Shown: piece by piece, positions 31,009-40,334 of the stretch
Position numbering within the stretch: position 1 is the stretch's first letter
Layout: the number at the start of each line of letters is the position of its first letter
DNA from: an uncultured archaeon
GTDB lineage: Archaea; Asgardarchaeota; Thorarchaeia; Thorarchaeales; Thorarchaeaceae
Reading direction: 5' to 3'
DNA: 64,000 nucleotides
Assembly: GCA_964558645.1 (NCBI GenBank)
Contig: CAZLEV010000001.1
Location: 285,568 to 349,567 of the forward strand
Translations under genes and position numbers: made by a program
Notes under the pieces: generated by a model
Databases searched by the model: none
What the model was told of the DNA's origin: nothing
The model's input: only the letters and a program-made list of their open reading frames with translations

Positions 31009-31330
31009 TAGGAGTTACCGCCAACGGTGGCACGTGACCGGTCAACATGCAGGCCATGCTGTCTGGACCCATGATACCCCCGGAGATGAAATACACGGAA
31101 CCGTCGTTGGCGTTCATTTCGATTCATGCATCGCGTGTATGAAGTGTAAAGATGTTTGCCCCGTAGATGTATTCATTGAGATTGTCTATAAGGGGGCCAC
31201 CGTTGTTGACCCCGTGAGTGAAGCTCTCTGCATTTTCTGCCTGGCCTGTGAGGTGGCCTGTCCAACGGAGGCTATATGTGTCCAGAGCGAGGTCGGTTCT
31301 GACGACACGCTTGACGCACTTCTTGGCTAG
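30998..31330 (+). CDS. Zinc-containing (Zfx-type) dicluster ferredoxin
   Basis: MTIDRSYR...HAGH...IHGTVVGV; CIACMKC..CP and CIFCLAC..CP; GTG start overlaps the MFS stop. Confidence 0.85.
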   Translation: MTIDRSYRQRWHVTGQHAGHAVWTHDTPGDEIHGTVVGVHFDSCIACMKCKDVCPVDVFIEIVYKGATVVDPVSEALCIFCLACEVACPTEAICVQSEVGSDDTLDALLG

Positions 31331-31415
31331 GTCCAGTCCGCAAAAAGATCAACGAGAGGAAACGGTAGAGTCTTTATGCCTCTTTGTCCATCAGGTTCAT
31401 TGCGAGGTTAGAAAC

Positions 31416-32669
31416 TTGTTTGATGTCCTGTTAACCGATGAAGAGAAGACGCTTCGTGATGAGGTTCGTGCATTCGTTAGAGACGACATTGACGCAGAGC
31501 TACTTGTGTTGATGGATGGAAAGGAGAAGGAGTATCCCTACGAGTTCATCAAAGCTGCTGCTGAGAAGAACCTGCTTGGTCTTCGATTTCCGAAGGAATA
31601 TGGTGGTCGTGGTCTTGGCTGGGTCTCTGAGATGCTTGCTATTGAAGAGATAGGAGTATTGGGAATAGCGCTGGGTTGTGCCTATTCACTACCTAGCATT
31701 GTGGGAGAGAGTATCAATAGGTTCGGAACCGAGAAACAGAAGAAGGAATACCTTAAGCCCACTCTCGAGGGCAAGCTGATCTGTGGTGAGGGACTCACTG
31801 AACCCCGTGGTGGCAGCGATTTCTTTGGAACTAACACCACCGCCAAGAAGGAAGGTGACGCATTCGTCATCAATGGGCAGAAGAGGTTCGTTGCCGGGGG
31901 CGTTGGTGCTGATTATTTCATCATCTACGCCAAGACTGACTTCGATGCGCCTCCACACAAGTCGCTCAGTGCATTTCTTGTAGATCGAGGTATGGGGGTT
32001 AAGGTGGAAGAAGAATACGAGCTGATGGGCTGCCGTGGCATGGGCGCTGCTCGAATTATCCTCGAGGAGCTAGAAGTGCCTGCGGAGAATCTCGTCGGCG
32101 ATTTGCACGGAGGTAATGACCTCTTCAATGCAATGATGGTTCCTGAACGTCTGACGTCGGCTGCAGGTCCTATCGGAATGGGTCGAGCTGCTTTAGAGAT
32201 TGCAGTCCGCTATGCTGATAAGAGGGAGGCCTTCGGACGGACAATCAGAAAGTTCGAGGGGATCAGTTTCAAGGTGGCTGACTGTGCCACTCTGCTTGAT
32301 GCCGCACGGGGGCTTGTCTATAGAGCGGCAAAGGTGGCGGACTCTGGTAGATGGTGCCGTAAGGAGGTTTCTCAAGCGAAGGCATTCTGTACAGAGGCGG
32401 GTCTTGAGGTTGTCAGTGAAGCAATGCAGATTCTTGGGGGCATTGGATACACCGATGTCTATCCGATTGAACGGCTCTTTCGAGATGCTCGTCTGGCGAC
32501 TATCTGGACTGGCAGCAACGAAGTCCAGCGTCTGATCATTCAGAATGAGGTATTCAAAGAGATACTCTCAGAGGATAGATCGGCAAAGAGGAACGTTGAG
32601 CTTGACACTCCTGGCGCCGGAAAGACGGAGGAGAAAGTCTTCGCTGAAGAACCTGACAAATACAGGTAG
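31416..32669 (+). CDS. Acyl-CoA dehydrogenase
   Basis: PKEYGG, LTEPRGGSD, INGQK, REAFG, QILGGIGY, IWTGSNEVQR. Confidence 0.94.
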   Translation: MFDVLLTDEEKTLRDEVRAFVRDDIDAELLVLMDGKEKEYPYEFIKAAAEKNLLGLRFPKEYGGRGLGWVSEMLAIEEIGVLGIALGCAYSLPSIVGESINRFGTEKQKKEYLKPTLEGKLICGEGLTEPRGGSDFFGTNTTAKKEGDAFVINGQKRFVAGGVGADYFIIYAKTDFDAPPHKSLSAFLVDRGMGVKVEEEYELMGCRGMGAARIILEELEVPAENLVGDLHGGNDLFNAMMVPERLTSAAGPIGMGRAALEIAVRYADKREAFGRTIRKFEGISFKVADCATLLDAARGLVYRAAKVADSGRWCRKEVSQAKAFCTEAGLEVVSEAMQILGGIGYTDVYPIERLFRDARLATIWTGSNEVQRLIIQNEVFKEILSEDRSAKRNVELDTPGAGKTEEKVFAEEPDKYR

Positions 32670-32784
32670 CTCGTTTCCTGGTAACAGACGATCCCGTGAC
32701 TCCATCGAGGCAGATGTCCTGAAGCTGTATCAAACAACTCATATGTCGCCAACCCAGTGAATGCATTTGCCGTAAGAGGTACTC

Positions 32785-34194
32785 ATGATGAACCCCAAGA
32801 AGATGGCCATTCTGGTTCTAGTAATCGTGTTGATAGCTACTTCCTCAGTCTTTCTATTCCTTCACTTTGCCTCAACTCCTCCACAGGAAGAGAGCAATAG
32901 ACCACCGATAATTGAGGTCATAAGTCCCGAGCCTCGGACGACACTCTCTGGAGTAGTTACAATCAACGTTTCTGTCATCGACGAAGAGGACTTGAACACG
33001 ACAATCTTCATTGATGGGATAAACAAGACCAAGTCGAATCTCTATGCTTGGAACACCACTGAATACCCGGATGGGAAGCATACGCTTCGAATTGAGGCCC
33101 ACGACAGCTCTGGGTGGTTTGACAGGAAGAGCTTCGAGGTTTCTGTCGACAATGCCCAAGATGTCCTATTTCCCTACAACGGTCTGTTTAAGGTGATGGT
33201 CTACAACATCAAAGAATCTGGTCGTAATCCTGATTGGCTAACTGTGGTGAAAAAGGAGAGTCCGGATATCCTAGTCTTAGTGGAGACAGGACTCTGGGAT
33301 GACTATGCGAATGAAGACTTGAATGCGGCAGTAAGCGAGCTTAACTCGTATTTTGAAGACGACTTTCCCTATGTCGCGTACTGTGCTCAGAACGTGGAAT
33401 ACTCCACGACTGGAGAGGCCATCCTCAGCCGTTTCCCCATCCTGCACTTCAATCAGATTGAGAAGGTCCCAATGGACGACGCGTCCGACTACTACGTTAC
33501 CCACGACTTCATAGAGGCAGTATTGGACATCAACGGGACAGAGGTGCATGTCTTTGGAGGCCACCTGAAGGCTAGCGACGGTGAGACGAATATCAGGCGC
33601 AGGGAGGCAGAGATGGAGGGCATCATCAATTACATGGATGCTTTGGGTGAAGTACCCATTATCTACCTGAGTGATCAGAACTCATTCTCTCCCGCTGATA
33701 CAGGAGAGTTAGCACCAGAGGGAATGGAACTCGGCTACGGTCCTATGACCATGATGCTCTTTCCCGATGATCCTATCTATGGGAACCGTTCTTCAGAAGT
33801 GCACAACTTCACGGACGTTCACAGGATTTTGAATCCGTTGGAACCTGGACATACTTACGGCCACCAAGACTCTTCGGTCTCCTTTAGGATTGACTACATA
33901 GTTGTGAACTCCTTCTTCGCGGATGGTCTTGTTAACTCCTCTGTGGTCGATGAGGCCCCAGCTGATACGGCTTCAGATCACTATGCCGTGACTGCATTCG
34001 TTCGGTGGAATTCTACAGATGCGCCCACATCTCTCCTCGCCACGACTTCATCGGGGCAAGACACCGATCAGCGAGGTGGACGTCGTAACAACGGGGCCGT
34101 TAAGGTGATCATTCCTGTTCTCTCTGTTTCGTCAATTCAGTCCCAGGATGGAGGTACACTTCTATTGAGAAAGCATGATAAACTCCAAATTTAA
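32785..34194 (+). CDS. Membrane-anchored Ig-like + endonuclease/exonuclease/phosphatase (EEP) protein
   Basis: N-terminal TM; WNTTEYPDG Ig-like domain; VYNI, E, SDQN, RIDYI, SDH catalytic motifs. Confidence 0.88.
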   Translation: MMNPKKMAILVLVIVLIATSSVFLFLHFASTPPQEESNRPPIIEVISPEPRTTLSGVVTINVSVIDEEDLNTTIFIDGINKTKSNLYAWNTTEYPDGKHTLRIEAHDSSGWFDRKSFEVSVDNAQDVLFPYNGLFKVMVYNIKESGRNPDWLTVVKKESPDILVLVETGLWDDYANEDLNAAVSELNSYFEDDFPYVAYCAQNVEYSTTGEAILSRFPILHFNQIEKVPMDDASDYYVTHDFIEAVLDINGTEVHVFGGHLKASDGETNIRRREAEMEGIINYMDALGEVPIIYLSDQNSFSPADTGELAPEGMELGYGPMTMMLFPDDPIYGNRSSEVHNFTDVHRILNPLEPGHTYGHQDSSVSFRIDYIVVNSFFADGLVNSSVVDEAPADTASDHYAVTAFVRWNSTDAPTSLLATTSSGQDTDQRGGRRNNGAVKVIIPVLSVSSIQSQDGGTLLLRKHDKLQI

Positions 34195-34338
34195 GGTCAG
34201 GATCTGGCTGCCTTTCAATGGGCATTCTGTTCATAGGGACTGAAGCATGTACACGAGCTTGATTACGCGGTTCCTATGATTCATATACAAATGATGCTTG
34301 CTAATAGTGGAATGCTTGCAAGCATTCTTACATAGAAA

Positions 34339-34541
34339 TGGCGATAACTACCCGGCCAGAGGAAACATCTGACAGACACCCGACAGCTCCTTCAAGACCG
34401 GGGAAAGTGGGGTAGCCCTCTTTCGTTCGTCTCCTCAAATCGCCAGGTAAGCTCCGTGGGCATCATAAAATCCTGCTTCGCAGCATGGTTGTGTTCTCCG
34501 GGCTCCTCACAGCGAAGAACGAATCCTTCGGTCCACGGAGC
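34339..34541 (+). ncRNA. Candidate structured RNA (two adjacent multi-helix domains), family unassigned
   Basis: TGGCGAT/ATCGCCA and CTACCC/GGGTAG helices, a GAAA tetraloop hairpin, and an 11-bp GCTCCGTGGGC/GTCCACGGAGC stem; G-U pairs favour the + strand. Confidence 0.45.
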
Positions 34542-34566
34542 CCCTAGCTGTTAATCATCTCCTGAG

Positions 34567-35790
34567 CTAGGTCTGCTGAAGAGCCTCAAGAGATTCCGAT
34601 GTTCCGGTCTCTATTATATCAGCTATCAGTTCGGCGACATCCGGCGGTACATCAAGAAGGGTCCGAATCTCTTCAGGGGATCTGAGCTCGCTAAGATTTC
34701 TTCTTTGAGTCATTATCTTTGCTGCTGCTTCCATCAGGGGTCTTACTCTGTACCAAGAATCACCATCTCGAAATCTCCTGTAGAACGATATGTCATGCAG
34801 GACCTCCACAATTCGAGTATTGATAGGAGGACACCCTGGCGGGGTCTGTCTTGGCATTCGATCTGGAATGCCAACCTCTTTGCAGATCTTGTTTCCCCGT
34901 TTGTAGACGTTGCAGGGCAGAAGCTTGTATGCAGGTTCTCCGTACTTGTCTTCATTTTGGTATAGTCTCTGCATCATGGGGTAGTGGTCGGGGAACCTCT
35001 GGTGGATGATTCTCATGAAGTAGTCCTTCTGACGCCCTGGTTTCAGTGTCATTCCTGCCCATTGTATGAAATCTCCCCCTGCTTTCTTGGTGCTTCGAGC
35101 CAGTGCCGTCATATTCTCCATTGTGTCACCTATGCTGGGTATGAGGGGCATGGCCATGACGCCGCCCTTCAGGCCTATGTCTTTGACTTGCTTGAGTGCT
35201 TCAAAGCGTTCCGCACTAGTCGGTGACTTTGGTTCAAGGACCTTCTTGACATTCTCATCGGATAGCGTTATCGTGAAGGCAACGGTGGCAAACGCTCTGT
35301 CATTGATCTCCTGAAGAATATCAAGGTCACGAAGCACGAGAGTTGATTTTGTAAGGATGAACACAGGCATTCCGAAATCAAGCAGAACCTCGAGCACCTT
35401 CCGTGTTACCATGTGTTGCTTCTCTGCCTGCTGATAGGCATCTGAGACCCCTCCCGATACACCGATGCAGTACTTGATAGGATGCTTCCTTTTCAGTTTC
35501 TGGGCATCATCGTCGTCTAGGAAGGGGATCAGAGTCTCCGTTTCCATCAGGCTCTGAGAGATGAAGCCGTCTTTCTCAAGCTCCTGTCTTACTACCTCAT
35601 GTGCATTCGCCTTGACTCTGACATGGGTAAGAAAGTCGTCAACATGGTATCCCTCGGACATCCCGTCACAGTAGACACAGCCGAATTCACAACCACGGTA
35701 TGCGTTCATCGACCTTGTAACATGGAACCAGCTGTCATATGCGCTGGGCTTGGAGAGGATAGATTTGGCTCGGATGCATTCGTATCTCAA
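34567..35790 (-). CDS. Radical SAM protein, SplB/Rv2578c-like (putative DNA repair)
   Basis: NAYRGCEFGCVYCD, SDAYQ, ILTKS, LEP; C-terminal helix-hairpin-like tail (IADIIETG). Confidence 0.88.
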   Translation of the reverse strand: MRYECIRAKSILSKPSAYDSWFHVTRSMNAYRGCEFGCVYCDGMSEGYHVDDFLTHVRVKANAHEVVRQELEKDGFISQSLMETETLIPFLDDDDAQKLKRKHPIKYCIGVSGGVSDAYQQAEKQHMVTRKVLEVLLDFGMPVFILTKSTLVLRDLDILQEINDRAFATVAFTITLSDENVKKVLEPKSPTSAERFEALKQVKDIGLKGGVMAMPLIPSIGDTMENMTALARSTKKAGGDFIQWAGMTLKPGRQKDYFMRIIHQRFPDHYPMMQRLYQNEDKYGEPAYKLLPCNVYKRGNKICKEVGIPDRMPRQTPPGCPPINTRIVEVLHDISFYRRFRDGDSWYRVRPLMEAAAKIMTQRRNLSELRSPEEIRTLLDVPPDVAELIADIIETGTSESLEALQQT

Positions 35791-35897
35791 TTTCCGTCCA
35801 CTGCCTCAGAATCGGGTCACATCATGTTTTCGTCAGCATCTGATATGGCTTGTGTCGCGTGGGTTCAATCTCTAGGTCGGCCAATCCATGAGCAGTA

Positions 35898-36686
35898 CTA
35901 CGTGGTAATCGTATCTGTTCTTGCTGTTAGGAAGTATATCGACAACAGGGCGAAGGCCGGAACGAGCAGATAGTAGATAGCTGAAGCCAGTAGCATCGCT
36001 CCTGCAGTGGCCAGCGTGAGTATTTCAATTCCGTGGTCGTCCCTCGTGAGTACCATCAATGCACCATCTAGGGCCAGCATGATATAGAGCCCTCCCTCGA
36101 ACACATAAAGGGAAATACTATAGGCTGCAGGGACTTCCTCGAAGGTTATTGCTAAGCCAAGAGTGACGTAGTTCTGTACAAATGCTAGACCTCCGAGGCA
36201 TCCTCCTATAGCGAGTGCTGACAAGGCCAATCCCCACTTTCTATCCCAGTTGAAGTAAAGTCCGAGATTGCCAATGGCAATGAAGGCGAGACCTACCGAT
36301 ATGAGACCAAAGCCGCTAAGAATCCACTGAGGTAGGGGGAACAGGCGGGCGAGGATATATCCAAAGCTTCCAATCCCCGCTATCAGTGCGCCTATACCGC
36401 CGACAATGAAGAATGCTGGGTTTGCATAACTCTCTTGTTCTGACTTGGCTGCGTCAGCGCATTCACGGCAGGCTATAGCACCACGATATCGGACCATCTC
36501 GTCCCTCGTTAGAGGTCTTCCACAGAATATGCATTTCACAGAAGGGCTGTCTTCCTGGTTCATTCTATCACTCACCGAGTGACCTCCAAGGCGTTTCAGT
36601 ATCCGCACTTGATTTGCCTTAGCTTTCTGAGAAGAAAAGATGTTCGTTCCAAGCCGATAGATGTGTGCGGCAGTGCTCCAAGACAA
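35898..36686 (-). CDS. Membrane protein with N-terminal CxxC...CxxC zinc finger
   Basis: CIFCG...IACREC then about 5-6 TM; real start probably near 36563. Confidence 0.7.
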   Translation of the reverse strand: MSWSTAAHIYRLGTNIFSSQKAKANQVRILKRLGGHSVSDRMNQEDSPSVKCIFCGRPLTRDEMVRYRGAIACRECADAAKSEQESYANPAFFIVGGIGALIAGIGSFGYILARLFPLPQWILSGFGLISVGLAFIAIGNLGLYFNWDRKWGLALSALAIGGCLGGLAFVQNYVTLGLAITFEEVPAAYSISLYVFEGGLYIMLALDGALMVLTRDDHGIEILTLATAGAMLLASAIYYLLVPAFALLSIYFLTARTDTITT

Positions 36687-36695
36687 TCGTGGGGA

Positions 36696-37646
36696 TTAGG
36701 CCGCCGCCGGCTCGCATTCCTCTGCAATCAGGCCTTTGTGTTCCCGATTCATCAAGACGAATCGTATGATTCCGACAGGTATCACGATGGCGAGCCAGAT
36801 GATGACGTCACCAATAGTTGCAAGGAGGAAGTTCGTATCAAGAGGATCCAGCCAAATCTGCCCGAGCTTCATCATCTTGACCAGTGGAAACACGAGTACT
36901 AGGCCAAAAATGCGTTTCAGTTCGACTGCGTTCACTCTGCATGCCAGACGCGCTCCAATCTGTGCTCCAACAATCATACCAATCCCCAAGGAGATGGCGA
37001 GAAACGGGTCGATGTGTCCTCCTACATAGTTTCTAGCTGTGCCTGCAGATGCAGTGAATATCATTGTGAACATTGAGGTTGCTACAGCGGCATGGATTGG
37101 CAGTCCCATGAGAATTGTGAGTACGGGTACTACCACTGCACCTCCACCGATGCCTAGAAGACCAGCGGCCGCTCCGCCAACGAAACCGCCTAGGAGCGAA
37201 AGCAGGAGTCTATTTCTGCTAACATCGCTGAAATCGAAAAGCGCAACATCATCAGCCTTTCCCCTCTTCCTTGCAAAGAGCATTTTGATAGCCACTGGGA
37301 AGAGTGAGATGCCGAAAATCAAACGCAGAATATAGTCCTCAGTAATCAGCTCACGGAGAGCCACGCCAAAGAGCGATCCAGGAATCGTAGTGAGAGCCAA
37401 GAAGAGACCTGCTTTCAGAACGATTGGTCTTGGTTTTTGTCTGCTATAGGCTGCTGTACTGGCAATCGCGACGAAGAGTGCCGCTACGAGGGCTGTGGCC
37501 GGTGCTTTTTGTCCTGTCAATGCGAAGACGATGATAAGTAGCGGTGTGTTGATGATTCCGCCGCCAATTCCAACCATGGCGCTTATCGTTCCGACAGCCA
37601 CGGCGAATATCGCTATTGGAATTATTTCTATCAGTATCTCCTGCAT
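36696..37646 (-). CDS. TauE/SafE sulfite exporter family (TSUP)
   Basis: Repeated GIGGG motifs, AVATS. Confidence 0.9.
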   Translation of the reverse strand: MQEILIEIIPIAIFAVAVGTISAMVGIGGGIINTPLLIIVFALTGQKAPATALVAALFVAIASTAAYSRQKPRPIVLKAGLFLALTTIPGSLFGVALRELITEDYILRLIFGISLFPVAIKMLFARKRGKADDVALFDFSDVSRNRLLLSLLGGFVGGAAAGLLGIGGGAVVVPVLTILMGLPIHAAVATSMFTMIFTASAGTARNYVGGHIDPFLAISLGIGMIVGAQIGARLACRVNAVELKRIFGLVLVFPLVKMMKLGQIWLDPLDTNFLLATIGDVIIWLAIVIPVGIIRFVLMNREHKGLIAEECEPAAA

Positions 37647-37708
37647 CGTTCTTTCGCCTTTGCCTGCTGCCAAGGTTACGATACTTAAGGAATACTGTTA
37701 GGTAGTAC

Positions 37709-38140
37709 CTATGGTGTTTTTCTACGACCGAGGTAATAGCATCCACTCAACATGATGGCTGTTCCGAAGAGCATGATGACAGTACCGAGGTTCTCTTGTT
37801 CAAGATTGGCACCTGCAGAGAACATGATAGCAGCGCCCGTAGCCAGGATGGCAAAACCTAGTATTGCTACATATTGGCCAGGTCTTGGATTAAACTGCAG
37901 AAAATCCGGTGGCTTATCCTCTCTTGGGACGGATGGTGCAGCTGACGGTTTTGCATCAGACTTGAAGAACCGCTGATGGTCAGGGGTAAGGGTGCCCCGT
38001 AGTTCATCGCGATCTTGGAGCATTTTGATTAGGGAAACGACCTCATCTTCCTGTAGCCTCAGTCGTTCGCTAAGAACCTGGATAGAGCTCACATCTCTCT
38101 CCTGAATCAGGTAGACCAGCTGTTCCTCTTTATCGTTCAT
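37709..38140 (-). CDS. Winged-helix (PCI-like) domain protein with two C-terminal TM helices
   Basis: SIQVLSERLRL..EVVSLI..L...ELRGTL wHTH pattern; 2 TM. Confidence 0.65.
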   Translation of the reverse strand: MNDKEEQLVYLIQERDVSSIQVLSERLRLQEDEVVSLIKMLQDRDELRGTLTPDHQRFFKSDAKPSAAPSVPREDKPPDFLQFNPRPGQYVAILGFAILATGAAIMFSAGANLEQENLGTVIMLFGTAIMLSGCYYLGRRKTP

Positions 38141-38394
38141 CTTTGGTCATTACTCGGTCTGCCGGACCTCGACATAAAGGTAATGCAACCTGCATACTAG
38201 ATGCTTGTAACAGTCCTTTTGGCCCATTCGACAATTTGAATCATAGTCTTCTCTCATCAAGTTCCGTAGACGACTGTAGCACTTGCCAAGTCTTGCCACC
38301 TGCCGGTTGCTTATTGCATAATTGGATGGCATTTCTGGCAGAGGAGAATGCGACTTGACCGATTCCCTTAAACCGTCAATTTGAGCTGCTTGTC

Positions 38395-39069
38395 TTGTGT
38401 ATGCCTATGGCAGAGAAGAACTCACCCGCTGTTCCAGCTCCCAGAGAATGGATGGCAGGGTGGAACAAGATCTACAAGCAGCTACTCGAGGCCTCGGATG
38501 ATGAGCTGCGTGACCTTAACATCTCACATGTCCCAAGAGAACTGGAACGTGCATTCAAGGTGGCAGAGGTCGACGTATCAGACTTGAGTATTCTTGAGTT
38601 GGCATCAGGTGACGGTTCTGTCGCCTGCTACCTTGCTAAGCTTGGTGCCACGGTCGAAGCTGTTGATGCTCTTGAGGGGGCAGTCGAGGTGACAAAGCGG
38701 CGAGCGAGGGCATTGGGACTGGAAGATCGGGTTTCTGCGCGGGTTGAGAACATTGACGGATGGAGAATACCGAAACTAGAATATGATGTCATCATCGCGC
38801 TACAATGTCTGCAATACCTCTTCGATAGGGCGATACCGAGGACAAGAGAGATTCTGGATGCAATCAAACCCGGCGGGTTCTTTGCTTACTCTGGAAACAT
38901 ACCGCCACATTTTGAGACAGAGCCTCCGATCAGATTCATAACCCGCGAAGAGCTAGAGCATCTTCTTCGGGGGTGGACTCTTCATTCATTTGGTGAGGAC
39001 GAAATCCTTCTCAAGAAGGATGACGTGCGAGGCTTTATCTGGACGGTAGCCAGAAAGCCAGAGTCATGA
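38395..39069 (+). CDS. Class I SAM-dependent methyltransferase (TehB-like)
   Basis: ILELASGDG, YDVII, IKPGG. Confidence 0.88.
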   Translation: MCMPMAEKNSPAVPAPREWMAGWNKIYKQLLEASDDELRDLNISHVPRELERAFKVAEVDVSDLSILELASGDGSVACYLAKLGATVEAVDALEGAVEVTKRRARALGLEDRVSARVENIDGWRIPKLEYDVIIALQCLQYLFDRAIPRTREILDAIKPGGFFAYSGNIPPHFETEPPIRFITREELEHLLRGWTLHSFGEDEILLKKDDVRGFIWTVARKPES

Positions 39070-39083
39070 GTTCGGACCGCTCT

Positions 39084-39767
39084 TTACTCTTTCACCGCAA
39101 TAGTGCAGCCCTCGCCGATTGGGAGGATTGTACTCACAACCCCGCGCTCAAGAAGGGCTTCATTGAAACGGTGTATGGCCCTATCGGAATCACTCCAGTC
39201 ATTCTCTGGAACGATGACAGGGAACAGGGTGTCGTCGACCAAGAAGAGGCCTCCCGGTTTGAGTACTCTCAGGCACTCATCCAGCATTACCGGATACATA
39301 CGCTTGGACGAGTCTTGAAAAACGATGTCAAAACTCTCGTCCTCAAAATCCCTTATGGTCTCTGTTGCGTCTCCGATTACGATATCAACTGCGTTTTTCA
39401 CGCCTTCTCTCTTGAAGTTCTTGATGGCATTCTTCGCAACTTCTGCATCGATCTCAAGGGAGATGACACGCCCTCCCCATTTCTTTGCAGCCTTTGCGAG
39501 CACAGTAGCTGAGAATCCTATACTGGTCCCAATCTCGAGTATCTTCTTAGGTCTGGTCAAGGTGACGAGCAATCGGAAAAGGCGTGCGATGTCATCTTCA
39601 ATCAGCGGGTCAAAGTCCTTGTATCCTGACATCCGGATGAAGTCGTCAAGGCTCGGACTGTTCTTCTCTCGGTAGATATCCTCGATGTACTGAACCGCCT
39701 TCGTGAGGTCTGGTCTCTTCGTATCCTGGAGTGAGTTTTGGTCGTTCATATCTGCAACTCCCATCAC
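39084..39767 (-). CDS. O-methyltransferase (Methyltransf_3)
   Basis: ILEIGTSIGFS, FDIVFQD, LKPGG. Confidence 0.9.
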   Translation of the reverse strand: MMGVADMNDQNSLQDTKRPDLTKAVQYIEDIYREKNSPSLDDFIRMSGYKDFDPLIEDDIARLFRLLVTLTRPKKILEIGTSIGFSATVLAKAAKKWGGRVISLEIDAEVAKNAIKNFKREGVKNAVDIVIGDATETIRDFEDESFDIVFQDSSKRMYPVMLDECLRVLKPGGLFLVDDTLFPVIVPENDWSDSDRAIHRFNEALLERGVVSTILPIGEGCTIAVKE

Positions 39768-40331
39768 TTACTTAAATGCCGCAACAACTTCTTCTGTAGT
39801 AGCAATAGTCGTTCCATGCACTGTCTTCATGTGTTGGATTGCGAACTCGTGATTCTCTCTCTTAGAGCTGTCTGTCGCATCCTCCACAGTCACCACATTG
39901 TAATCCTTGGCTGATGCATCGGCGCTCGTGTACATGACACAGATGTCTGTCAGCACTCCTATCAGAACGATGGTCTGAATGTCATCCTCTCGAAGGGTTA
40001 TGTCAAGATCTGTACCGAAGAACCCCGAGTATCTTCTCTTGGGAATCACCCGGTCGCCATCCTGAGGCTCGAGTTCATCGATGACCTGGGCGCCTTCTGT
40101 TCCAACCACTGCATGTGGCGGCCATTTCTCGAACTCGTCATCATCTGGGAGATGATTGTCTGTCAGATAGATGACCTTCACCCCCTTCTTACGGGCTGAT
40201 TCCAGTATCTCTTGCTGGTTTGGAATGAGATTCGCTGCGCCTGGAACTACCAATGCTCCGTCTTCTCTCACGAAGTCATTGAGCATATCCACAACAATCA
40301 CTGCCGTCTCATCTGCTTTCAGCTTCATCAT
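39768..40331 (-). CDS. pncA: Nicotinamidase (isochorismatase family)
   Basis: VDMLNDF, D-x-H, WPPH, KRRYS, GVLTDIC; adjacent to pncB. Confidence 0.85.
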   Translation of the reverse strand: MMKLKADETAVIVVDMLNDFVREDGALVVPGAANLIPNQQEILESARKKGVKVIYLTDNHLPDDDEFEKWPPHAVVGTEGAQVIDELEPQDGDRVIPKRRYSGFFGTDLDITLREDDIQTIVLIGVLTDICVMYTSADASAKDYNVVTVEDATDSSKRENHEFAIQHMKTVHGTTIATTEEVVAAFK

Positions 40332-40334
40332 CTA

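Noticed and set aside
34339-34530. HDV-like ribozyme, c-di-AMP or cobalamin riboswitch, RNase P RNA (CTCCTC, CCCGACAGCT, GCCAGG, GAGGAAAC fragments)
   Set aside because: Only short fragments match; the required helices and remaining conserved boxes could not be built.
34451-34541. tRNA-Sec (about 91 nt with a long closing stem)
   Set aside because: No T-loop, D-arm or properly placed UCA anticodon on either strand.
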